In this document: in pieces, positions 9,922-19,147 of the stretch
How the letters are laid out: every line of letters starts with the position of its first letter
Numbering within the stretch: position 1 is the stretch's first letter
Source: Stramenopiles sp. TOSAG23-2
Lineage: Eukaryota
Direction: 5' to 3'
Length of the DNA stretch: 39,667 nucleotides
Assembly (NCBI GenBank): GCA_900128395.1
Contig: LT649311.1
Location: 1 to 39,667, forward strand
The notes under the pieces: model-generated
What the model saw: the letters and a program-made list of their open reading frames with translations, nothing else
Told to the model about the DNA's origin: nothing
Database searches by the model: none
Made by a program: the position numbers and the translations under genes

Positions 9922-11325
9922 ATGGCAGCATTAACACCAGCTGAACAAAAGCAAGTACGACGTACTAGTGGCATGATTTGGTCGTATAAAATAGGGCAAA
10001 TGGTAGCTTTACAAATTCATCTTGCTGACCGTATGAATTTCTTTAAAGCAATGGCATATGAATTAAATTATGAATGGGTAACTGCAAACCAAGTTGCAAA
10101 GCATTTAGGATTAAAGCGTCGTTGGGTCATGGAACTTTTAAGAGGTTTGACTGCAGCTAAAATTTTGGAATATCAAGAAGGTAATGAGTCAGTTAACGAT
10201 GGATCAGCAAGTGATGGTGCAACAGATACCTTTCGTATTACCCCAGTTGTTGCTGAAGTTGTTGCAAACGAAGTGGATTCTTTGTCGTTCAATGCAGGTG
10301 CATTTTCTGGTGGTGTCGACCCAATGTTGGCAGATAAAATCATTGAATCGTTTCACACTGGAGTTGGTTTCACATATGAAAGTCGCAGCCTACTTGGTGG
10401 CGAGCAAAGTGCAGAACAAACCAAACGTATGCTTGGAGTTTGGACCAAAGGTGCGCTCGTTGATGAAGTACTTGCTGTTTTAAACAATGGTAAAGTTACT
10501 GAAGCGTTGGAAAATGGTGGTGCAATATTGGATTGTGGTTGTGGTGCAGGTGTTGCTGTTAACACACTCGGTGCTGCATTTCCAAATGCAACAGTACATG
10601 GTACTGATCCAGATGGTGTTGCACTTGGTGTTGGAAGAAAAGATGCTAAAAATGCAAATATAAATAATGTATCCTTTTTCAAAGGATTTGGGGAATCATA
10701 TACGTCTGATATTAAATATGATGCTGTTATATGTATGGATATTGTACATGATACACCACGTCCTGATTTAATTCTTCAAAATATTTGCAAGAATTTATTG
10801 AAACCAGGTGGTACCTTGATGATTAAAGACATTAAATCAACAGGTAGCTTCAAGAAAAATTTGGAAACGATGGGTAATTTGCCAATGATATACGGCTTCA
10901 GTTTGTCCATGTGTTTAGCATCAGCCACATCAACACCAGATGGAATGGGGCTAGGTACAACAGGGTTTAATCCTATCGTCGCGGAAAGAATGTGTGGTGA
11001 AGCAGGATTTGTGAATTTCCATCAACATGATTTTAGGGATCCAGCGAATTTATACTATGAAATGCAATCACCAGGGGGTAGTACTTCCATGACACGCAAT
11101 GCAACATCTGCAAGTATGGCAAGTAAGAAAGCATTTAAAAAAAATTCTGCCGTTCGAAATGCAATTAAAAGATCACCACTTTACAAAGGTAAAAAAAAGA
11201 AGAAATCGAAGAAAAAAAGGAAAAAATACCCAGATTTGAGTAATAATCCTGGACCATACTTTTGCGCATGTTGTGCTGGATTAAACTTAATGCAAGTTAC
11301 TTGTGAACGTGGTTCAAAAATGTAA
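9922..11325 (+). CDS. Class I SAM-dependent methyltransferase with N-terminal winged-helix (Rv2258c-like architecture) and Lys/Cys-rich tail
   Basis: Motif I ILDCGCGAG, followed by YDAVICMDIVHDTPRP, LKPGGTLMIKD, YGFSLSMCL, GLGT and EAGF. The N-terminal TANQVAKHLGLKRRWVMELL is HTH-like. Confidence 0.85.
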   Translation: MAALTPAEQKQVRRTSGMIWSYKIGQMVALQIHLADRMNFFKAMAYELNYEWVTANQVAKHLGLKRRWVMELLRGLTAAKILEYQEGNESVNDGSASDGATDTFRITPVVAEVVANEVDSLSFNAGAFSGGVDPMLADKIIESFHTGVGFTYESRSLLGGEQSAEQTKRMLGVWTKGALVDEVLAVLNNGKVTEALENGGAILDCGCGAGVAVNTLGAAFPNATVHGTDPDGVALGVGRKDAKNANINNVSFFKGFGESYTSDIKYDAVICMDIVHDTPRPDLILQNICKNLLKPGGTLMIKDIKSTGSFKKNLETMGNLPMIYGFSLSMCLASATSTPDGMGLGTTGFNPIVAERMCGEAGFVNFHQHDFRDPANLYYEMQSPGGSTSMTRNATSASMASKKAFKKNSAVRNAIKRSPLYKGKKKKKSKKKRKKYPDLSNNPGPYFCACCAGLNLMQVTCERGSKM

Positions 11326-11381
11326 ATATGCATGTGTGTTTTTACAGTTTTGTTTGATGGAGGTGGCAAGGCATTTATTAT

Positions 11382-11671
11382 TATGTGGCTTTCTCGTGTT
11401 TTTTTTTTCAAATTTGATTTGCAATTTGAATGAGGAGATCTTTTATAATCATCTGGATTTTATGTTTATCCTGGCTATATCAAATCAAAAGTAACAATAT
11501 TTTATATAATTACAATAAACAATATAAACTTTTGAAGAGGAAGACTACTGTATATATAATTAAAAATCAAATAATTAATTCACATTATTTTTTTCTTCTA
11601 TATTTTTTTTGGTAAAATATAAAAAAGTATAAAAACATCAGGTATCATAAATGTATTATCCATTTATAGAC
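11382..11671. repeat. Direct repeat copy 1 (290 bp)
   Basis: tatgtggctttctcgtg...catttatagac recurs 345 bp downstream; duplicate spurious ORFs start at 11430 and 11775. Confidence 0.95.
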
Positions 11672-11726
11672 TGAGGCTGGAAAAGTGGAATCGTATTTTA
11701 GGTATTATTTGTCTACTAATTAGTAA

Positions 11727-12007
11727 TATGTGGCTTTCTCGTGTTTTTTTTTTCAAATTTGATTTGCAATTTGAATGAGGAGATCTTTTATAATCATCTG
11801 GATTTTATGTTTATCCTGGCTATATCAAATCAAAAGTAACAATATTTTATATAATTACAATAAACAATATAAACTTTTGAAGAGGAAGACTACTGTATAT
11901 ATAATTAAAAATCAAATAATTCACATTATTTTTTTATTCTATATTTTTTTTGGTAAAATATAAAAAAGTATAAAAACATCAGGTAAATGTATTATCCATT
12001 TATAGAC
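11727..12007. repeat. Direct repeat copy 2 (281 bp)
   Basis: Same sequence as 11382-11671 apart from a 4-nt deletion, a 5-nt deletion and a c/a substitution in a T-run. Confidence 0.95.
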
Positions 12008-12252
12008 GACTACTATAATATTGTAATATTACAATGGTATTCGTATGTTACTAAAATATAATCACACACTATAGAGCTAACACGTATTTTTTATATAATA
12101 ATAATAAATGTAAATGGACTAATATATATATCTAATATAACGATGAGTGCATTAAAAGAATTATGCTTTTTACACAATATAATATATAGAAATATTAAGA
12201 TTGTATAGAATAAAACACCAAGGTATAGCAATTGTAAGGGCCATATAGCAAT

Positions 12253-12702
12253 ATGAATAACAACAACAATAACAGATCATGGATAATGGTCACTGATAAC
12301 AATCATAATAATAATAATAATAATATTGATAACAATCAACCTGTTCCACCTTTAAAATATCCAATAGCCTCAGATAATGGATTAGAATTTGAAAGAAAAC
12401 AAGATAGTCGTGCTTTACCTTTAAATATAAAAGTTTTTGATAATGGCAATAGTTATGGCAATAGTAGAAACAATAGCAATAGACAATATAGCAGAGATTT
12501 TGAAGTTAAAAATATTCATCAATCGAGATATTTCACACCACCTTCCGTAAATGAAACTAACTTAGGTAGGTTTGAGGGCAGTAACTTAGTAATTAAATCT
12601 GACCCTCTTTTATTACGTTTAGGTCAAATTCGATCAACTGCAAATACTTATTATGAAGCTAGTAATGATAACGTTGGAAAACGAATCAATGCAATCGGGT
12701 GA
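12253..12702 (+). CDS. Hypothetical Asn-rich protein (149 aa)
   Basis: ATG-initiated ORF with the poly-Asn N-terminus typical of genes here; no recognised domain. Confidence 0.5.
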   Translation: MNNNNNNRSWIMVTDNNHNNNNNNIDNNQPVPPLKYPIASDNGLEFERKQDSRALPLNIKVFDNGNSYGNSRNNSNRQYSRDFEVKNIHQSRYFTPPSVNETNLGRFEGSNLVIKSDPLLLRLGQIRSTANTYYEASNDNVGKRINAIG

Positions 12703-12924
12703 AAATAAAAGTTATTTTGTGTATCATGTTATTTTTTTTTAATATATTTTTAGTATGTGTGTGTACAGATTTTCCCGCCGCATTTTATGTATTATATACG
12801 GTTCGTCATATAATATACGTATTTTTTTTATTTCTGTAAAAAAATATTTTCAATTCAAAAATACTGATTTTTATTTTATATAATCATATCCCAAAATAAA
12901 ACACAAAAATATATAAGCTTATGC

Positions 12925-12956
<32 letters not shown>

Positions 12957-13030
12957 CATCGTCTGTATCACCCACGCATATACCACATTAAAATTACATA
13001 TATATAAATATCATATATTACATATATATA

Positions 13031-14254
13031 TCAATCTCGTTGTAATTTTCGCTCTACATTTTTCTTCTCATTAGTATTATCATCATTATTACTATTTTCC
13101 TTTTCTTTTTCAACTAATTCCATAATTTGCTGATATGTATAAATAGCATCATCGTGGCCATCACTCCATTGAATTGCAACACCATAATTACCTTGTGGAG
13201 TAATTTTCAATGGTATTATATCATCTGCTATGGTATCTTTATCCAATAATTGTTCTCCGGTAAATTCATCTATACTTTTAGCATCACGACTATCTTTTCT
13301 TAATGTCGCTGCATTAATTGTATATTCCCTACCTTCAAATTCACCAGCTAAAAACCGCATTACAACGACACCACGTTTATCATCAAAAAATACATTTGGT
13401 CTTTCCATATTTTTAATTTTTTCAATTTTTTCTTTTTCAATTTCATTTGCTACATGTTCAGCTAATTCTTTAAAAATATTTGATGCAGTAGAAATATTGC
13501 TGTCAAATTCTTCTGGTGTGAATGGAATTGGGATTCCATTATCACTTGATAAACAAAAAATTTCACCCATCGGTAATGAAAAAGTGGATGATGGATCAAT
13601 ATTACGATCCTCTATTAATTTCTCTACATGTCCTGTACCAAATGGATAATAACGTTTTCCATCATCACCATCAAAATGTGACATATTTTCAACTACAGCA
13701 TGTACTGGAACTTTTAAATCATCAAACATATCCATACCTTTGACGACATCAACAATGCTCAATCGAGCAGGCGTAGTCACAACAATTGCTGCTGTTAACG
13801 ACAGTTGTTGACATAAAGTCAAAGGGATATCACCTGTGCCTGGTGGCATATCAACTACTAAATAATCTAAATCACCCCATGCTGTTGTACCTATTAATTG
13901 TGACATAACTGCACTAGCTCTTGGACCACGCATGACAGCAGCACTACTATTAGAACCAGTAACCTGAGTCGGTAAATAACCAAATGACATCAATTTCATA
14001 CCATTATAATTTGGTGGTATAGCAAAACCATTCTCGTCGGGATGCAATACTATTTCTGAATCTGATAATTTACACATAGTTGGCAATGATGGACCATATA
14101 AATCAGCATCAAAGATACCGACTTTATATCCTAACTGATGTAAACTAGATGCAGTATTTACTGCAACTAATGACTTACCAACACCACCTTTACATGATGA
14201 AACGGCTATGATATTTTTAATATGTTTGATTCCTAATAATTTCGTATGTTGCAT
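13031..14254 (-). CDS. HCF101: HCF101-like Fe-S cluster carrier P-loop ATPase (Mrp/NBP35 family) with C-terminal DUF971
   Basis: AVSSCKGGVGKS, DADLYGPSLP, WGDLDYLVVDMPPGTGD and ENMSHFDGDDGKRYYPFG, plus C-terminal AKSIDEFTGEQ...PQGNYGVAIQWSDGH, all closely recall plant HCF101. Confidence 0.88.
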   Translation of the reverse strand: MQHTKLLGIKHIKNIIAVSSCKGGVGKSLVAVNTASSLHQLGYKVGIFDADLYGPSLPTMCKLSDSEIVLHPDENGFAIPPNYNGMKLMSFGYLPTQVTGSNSSAAVMRGPRASAVMSQLIGTTAWGDLDYLVVDMPPGTGDIPLTLCQQLSLTAAIVVTTPARLSIVDVVKGMDMFDDLKVPVHAVVENMSHFDGDDGKRYYPFGTGHVEKLIEDRNIDPSSTFSLPMGEIFCLSSDNGIPIPFTPEEFDSNISTASNIFKELAEHVANEIEKEKIEKIKNMERPNVFFDDKRGVVVMRFLAGEFEGREYTINAATLRKDSRDAKSIDEFTGEQLLDKDTIADDIIPLKITPQGNYGVAIQWSDGHDDAIYTYQQIMELVEKEKENSNNDDNTNEKKNVERKLQRD

Positions 14255-14684
14255 TTTTCCTTTTATTGTAATGTAGATGGTTTTATATTATATACATATT
14301 ATTTTTATGTTCATTTTTTGTTCTATTGTATATACGTAGGTGTTTATTCAATAGCCAGCCTAGCATCTATCGAACTATATCCAACACTATATTATCGTTG
14401 TGGTGTAAAAATGAAAAATGTCTTGAGATGTATATATAATATTACAAAGTACACGCACGTAGTCGTCTACCACCACGAGAATGGCAAATACGACACTTCG
14501 TATTAGAGAAAGTAGAAGACGAACTAAATGTATTATTGTACATAAATGGAGAGAGTATCGTCATATTCGTATATTAATTTGTACTACATGTTGTACCTCA
14601 TATCATACAGCATATCCATATAATCGTGGAATTGATATTTTATAAAAAATATAAATATTAAAATATTACAGGAGAAAAATTATT

Positions 14685-17333
14685 TTACTTTTTAGGCTTG
14701 ATTTCACCTTCAATCTTCTTCATGGGCTTGTGATCTGCCGCACTTGGTGGCGCACCAGTTGCACCACTAGCTGCACCACTAGCTGCACCACTTGCACTAC
14801 CTGTTGCAGCACCGGTACCACCACCGCTCTTCCAGTTTTCATAATGTTCTAACGCTTTTTTATGATGTTTATGAGATTTGTCTACATGTTCTTGTACGAC
14901 ACTTGGATCTTTAGTATGTACTTCCTCAATCATTTTATTTGCCAATGGGACTAATGCATCGGTATTGTTACGATCCCAATGCTCCCACCATAAACCACCT
15001 TTTCCTACACTATTATTTTTTGGTGCGATACCTAACATTGCATCTTCAGTGATGCGTTTAATTACTTCTTGCAATTCTTCCAAGCGTTTTAACTCAGTTA
15101 CATTACCAGCTTCGCGTGCAGTTTCAATCACTTTCATGATAAATTTCTCTGCATTGGTGGAGTTATCTTCCAATTTCTCACTTTCTTCGTCAGCACTTGA
15201 TAAATCTTTTTCAGATTTAGTAGTTTCATCGGACATTTCCTTTTCTTTTCCTTTTTGTGCTTCCTTTAATTTTGTTATTGTTTTATTATCAGCAGCACTT
15301 CCTACAGCTTCATCAACTTTGACCTCTGCATCTGCAATCTCTTGCGTTTTAGCTAGCGTTTTCTCCGCTTCTTTCAATGCTGTTGCACGTACTTTTACTT
15401 GTTTTTTCAAATTTACTATTTCCTGTTTTAAAGCCTCTGCTTTGCTTTCATCGTCGCCAGAAGCTGCAACTACTTTTTCTAAAATTGCAATTGCATTTTC
15501 AAGCTTTTTAACCATTTTTTTATTCAATTTAGCTTGGCCTTCCATCTCTGCTTCTTTCGCTTCTAACGATTTTGTTCCCGCTTCTTTCATTAATTTATCA
15601 GAAGCCTCAGTATCATTTTTCTTTTTGTAATCTTCAGCTTCTTTTTGAATCATATCAGATGCTTTGTTCAATGCCGTTGCACGTGCAGATGCTTCCGCTG
15701 CTTGTTTTTGATCATCAGCAGCTTCTTTTGATGCTTTTGCTTTGCGTTCTAATCTTTCCGCAGCACCTTCTTTTCCCTCTTTCCTTGCGGCTTTGGCAGC
15801 ATCTTCCAATTTTTTAGTTTCTGTTTCCAATTTAGCAGATTTAGCATTGACGGCATCGTCAACCACTTGCTGTTGCTCACGTTTCATTTCCATTTCCATT
15901 TTCTTTGCTTCTTTTTCTAACTTATCTGCTTTGATTGGATCGTTCGCAGCAGCTGCTTTTTCTGCTTCTGCTTTTTTATTTGCAAGATCTTTCATCTTTT
16001 TCGTTAGTTCTTTTTTACCTTCATCCCCTTCATCTTGTGCAATAGTATCGGAACTTTGTGCATCTTTTGCATTTTCCTTCATCTTGTCAGCAACTTCACG
16101 TTTCGTCTCTGCATCTTTCTTTAATTTTTCAATATCTTCATCCGTTGCTTTACCTGAATTTTCAGCTTCATCTAATTTTTTCTCAGCTTCCGTCGCTGCA
16201 GTATCTGCTTCTTCTGCTGCCGCATCACTATCACCTTTCAATTTCGCATCTGCTTCATTTGTTGCTTTGTCTGCTTCTTTCTTCTTATTTTTTGCTTCTG
16301 ATTTTAATTCTGCTGCCTTTTGTTTATCACCAGCTGCTGCTGCTGCGTTTGCACGTTTTTCAACCTCTTTGCTTTCTTCCTTGTCTTCCACAGCTTTTGC
16401 CTCATCTTCTGCATCGGCACCTGCACTAGCTTCATCTTTTGCACCTAGAATACCTTTTGATTCTGCATCTTTTGCAGTTTTCTTCAATTGAGTTGCTTCT
16501 CCCTCCAATTTCGCTACTTTCTGTGGGTCGTTTAAAGCTTTTGCCTCTGCAAGTTCAGCATCTTTTTTCTCAGCTCCTTTCGTTGCTTCTGTTCCTTTCT
16601 TTTTCTCGTCCGTCTTTTTGGATTTCTTCAAAGCGTTTTTAATCATTTTCATCAACGTTGCTTTAGGCTTTTTATGCACTTCGGAACGTACAGATGGTAA
16701 CAAATGAAGTGGGAAACCTAGGCCTTCTAATGCAGGAGGTTCCACAGGCCCAGAGGCCGCTGGTGGTGGAGCTGGCGGTTTCTCACCTGGTTTGGTCTTC
16801 TTGCTGAAGTGTACTTTCCCATTTGTTGCAAAAGGTATTGCCAAGTCACTGTCAGGTATTAATCGTATTAAATCTTTCAACTCGTTGGATATATCTTCAC
16901 ATGGGCATTTTTCTAAGCATCCATGAATGCATGACATAGTTTGTGGCGTACCTTCAGCAGTTTTGCCTAATTTGCATTCCAATTTACATTTATTTCCACA
17001 CGTGCCTTTTACTGCAGTCATAGGGCATACTAAACATTCCTTATGACAACGAGCCATACATGCTGCTTTCTTATCTGGAGTTTTAAATTTCCAACGACAC
17101 ATATTTTCTTTTCTACCTACACACTTATTTAAACATGCTTGGTTTGAAATGATAACAGCTCCTTTATCATCTCCTGCATCAGCAGTGCCTGTGGCACCTG
17201 ACCCACTATTACTATTACTATTACCTTCCGCACCGGATGGTCCTAAGTTGTTATTATTTTTATTAATATGAATGGACTGTACACCAATACATATTAATAA
17301 AAATGCAATGGCTATTATTAATCTACTATTCAT
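14685..17333 (-). CDS. Secreted 882-aa protein: Cys-rich N-terminal domain, long Ala/Glu/Lys coiled coil and ASGA-repeat tail
   Basis: Signal peptide MNSRLIIAIAFLLICIGVQS, repeated CxxxC units, a charged helical region and GATGSASGAASGAASGATG. Confidence 0.8.
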   Translation of the reverse strand: MNSRLIIAIAFLLICIGVQSIHINKNNNNLGPSGAEGNSNSNSGSGATGTADAGDDKGAVIISNQACLNKCVGRKENMCRWKFKTPDKKAACMARCHKECLVCPMTAVKGTCGNKCKLECKLGKTAEGTPQTMSCIHGCLEKCPCEDISNELKDLIRLIPDSDLAIPFATNGKVHFSKKTKPGEKPPAPPPAASGPVEPPALEGLGFPLHLLPSVRSEVHKKPKATLMKMIKNALKKSKKTDEKKKGTEATKGAEKKDAELAEAKALNDPQKVAKLEGEATQLKKTAKDAESKGILGAKDEASAGADAEDEAKAVEDKEESKEVEKRANAAAAAGDKQKAAELKSEAKNKKKEADKATNEADAKLKGDSDAAAEEADTAATEAEKKLDEAENSGKATDEDIEKLKKDAETKREVADKMKENAKDAQSSDTIAQDEGDEGKKELTKKMKDLANKKAEAEKAAAANDPIKADKLEKEAKKMEMEMKREQQQVVDDAVNAKSAKLETETKKLEDAAKAARKEGKEGAAERLERKAKASKEAADDQKQAAEASARATALNKASDMIQKEAEDYKKKNDTEASDKLMKEAGTKSLEAKEAEMEGQAKLNKKMVKKLENAIAILEKVVAASGDDESKAEALKQEIVNLKKQVKVRATALKEAEKTLAKTQEIADAEVKVDEAVGSAADNKTITKLKEAQKGKEKEMSDETTKSEKDLSSADEESEKLEDNSTNAEKFIMKVIETAREAGNVTELKRLEELQEVIKRITEDAMLGIAPKNNSVGKGGLWWEHWDRNNTDALVPLANKMIEEVHTKDPSVVQEHVDKSHKHHKKALEHYENWKSGGGTGAATGSASGAASGAASGATGAPPSAADHKPMKKIEGEIKPKK

Positions 17334-17654
17334 GACTATATATATATATATATATATATTATATTATATTATATTGATCTCTCCTTTCAATATATGACAA
17401 CGTTATATATGTGTATACAATATAAATAATCCCTAACAGTTCACAAATCAATGTAACTAACTACTATATATATATATCCCGATACTCTCGTCTGTATCGA
17501 TACCTCTTGGTGTCATATATATTTGGTTTATTTGAAGCGTGAAACACAGGTCCTAACATCGGCCCTCCTTTTTTTTCAACTATCAGATCGGACTTTCCTC
17601 CTCTTTTTTTTGTTATATATGTATATATATATGGCTTGATTTTGTAGTCAAGAC

Positions 17655-17721
17655 ATAGGATGATGTTACCATAGACATAGCATCACAACCCTTTGACGTT
17701 TTAAGTTACCGAACTGACTAT
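17655..17721 (+). ncRNA. Candidate box C/D snoRNA
   Basis: ATAG-G-ATGATGT ... CTGA-CTAT: a C-like box (one mismatch), a D box and a 4-bp terminal stem over 67 intergenic nt. The target was not established. Confidence 0.25.
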
Positions 17722-18263
17722 TTAGAGTGGGATAGTAATAATAATATACGATAATTAATAATTATTTACTAGTTCCAGGAAGTTATTCGATGATTATTTT
17801 TATATATATAAAAATTCCTGAAATGTTATTGATTTTTTTAAGGCAAAATATCTGGCTTATCACCTTCATCCTCATCTCGTATTTTCCAGTATAGAAAATT
17901 GTATTATTGAAATTATATATTGTCCTATCATTTCTTAAAAAGTGAGATTGTGTGATAGTTGATAGTATCATTGTGGTGTGCTGTGTGCTGGTGTGATCTC
18001 TAGTATGGATCTAAAAAAAAATGGGAGGAATAATCGCCGACATTTTTTGTGTTGTTTTATATATGTCATAATATATAAATAGTTGTAAGAGATATTATAG
18101 ATATACAGACCTCGTATAGATAATAACAGTTGACAATATATTGTAACTACAGATTGGACATGTATTAAAACAACAACCATACAACTTATCAATCAATAAA
18201 CAAGGACATACACACACACGTGTATATTTATATGACAAAACAATTGTATATACATACCAGTAA

Positions 18264-18893
18264 ATGAAAAGAATAATAATGATGATGAAGAATAATAATA
18301 ATATTAACTATATTTTATTGTTAATAATAATAATTGTTACTATATTAGTTACCATAGGAAATGCTGCATATTTAAGAAAAGGAATCGATATCGCCGTTGA
18401 AAAAAAAATTGTACAAGAGCAAGAAAAATTAAATAAAGTGGAAGATTTAATTCAAAAAATACGTAAAGATCAAGTAAATTCTGGTGAGGAACCAAACAAG
18501 CAAGTCCCAAAAGCAGTACAATCAAAACCATCTCCAACGCCACAACAACATGAACAACAACGACAACAAGAGCTGGCACAAAAAAGGCAACAACAAGCAG
18601 GAAAGGCTGCTTTGAATCCACCAGCACAAGCAAAACCAATATCGAAACCATTACAATCTCAATATAAAGTTATTGATATGGGACGATTTGAATCTCATGT
18701 GGTACCTCATAAAAGGCGCCCTACAACTAATAACAACAACAACAAACAACAAAGTGATGGTGTACCATATATAGCCGGTGGTGAATTTCAAAGCGGAAAT
18801 GCTGATACTTTTTTAGATCCGATATTAGCACAACCTAATTATGATCGGATGTCTGATCCACTATTGTCTGGTACACAGAGAGAAGGTGTATAA
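18264..18893 (+). CDS. Hypothetical secreted/membrane-anchored Gln-rich protein (209 aa)
   Basis: Hydrophobic N-terminal segment, short coiled coil and low-complexity region; coding-like composition. Confidence 0.65.
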   Translation: MKRIIMMMKNNNNINYILLLIIIIVTILVTIGNAAYLRKGIDIAVEKKIVQEQEKLNKVEDLIQKIRKDQVNSGEEPNKQVPKAVQSKPSPTPQQHEQQRQQELAQKRQQQAGKAALNPPAQAKPISKPLQSQYKVIDMGRFESHVVPHKRRPTTNNNNNKQQSDGVPYIAGGEFQSGNADTFLDPILAQPNYDRMSDPLLSGTQREGV

Positions 18894-19147
18894 AATATGT
18901 GTGAATAAAATTTTAATGTACACGAATATATATATATTAAGTATACATTAAGTATATTTATTCAAAATATGAAAGCAAAACATATGTGTGGAAAAAGTAA
19001 AAAACATACCCTCGTCCCTCCCCCATATAATCTCATATTTTAATATTTTGAACCAAATTAATTTATTTATTATAAAAATGATGACATGATATTACACATC
19101 ACCCAAATTTATCAATGAAATATTTTATGCCAAACACACACTATATT

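Noticed and set aside
11430-11963. Duplicate 61/62-aa ORFs
   Set aside because: By-products of the non-coding direct repeat; indels change their ends and the composition is UTR-like.
14878-16642. Long plus-strand ORFs (250, 249, 123 aa)
   Set aside because: Antisense shadows of the Ala/Glu/Lys-rich gene; the Ser/Phe/Ala-rich translations are typical of this artefact.
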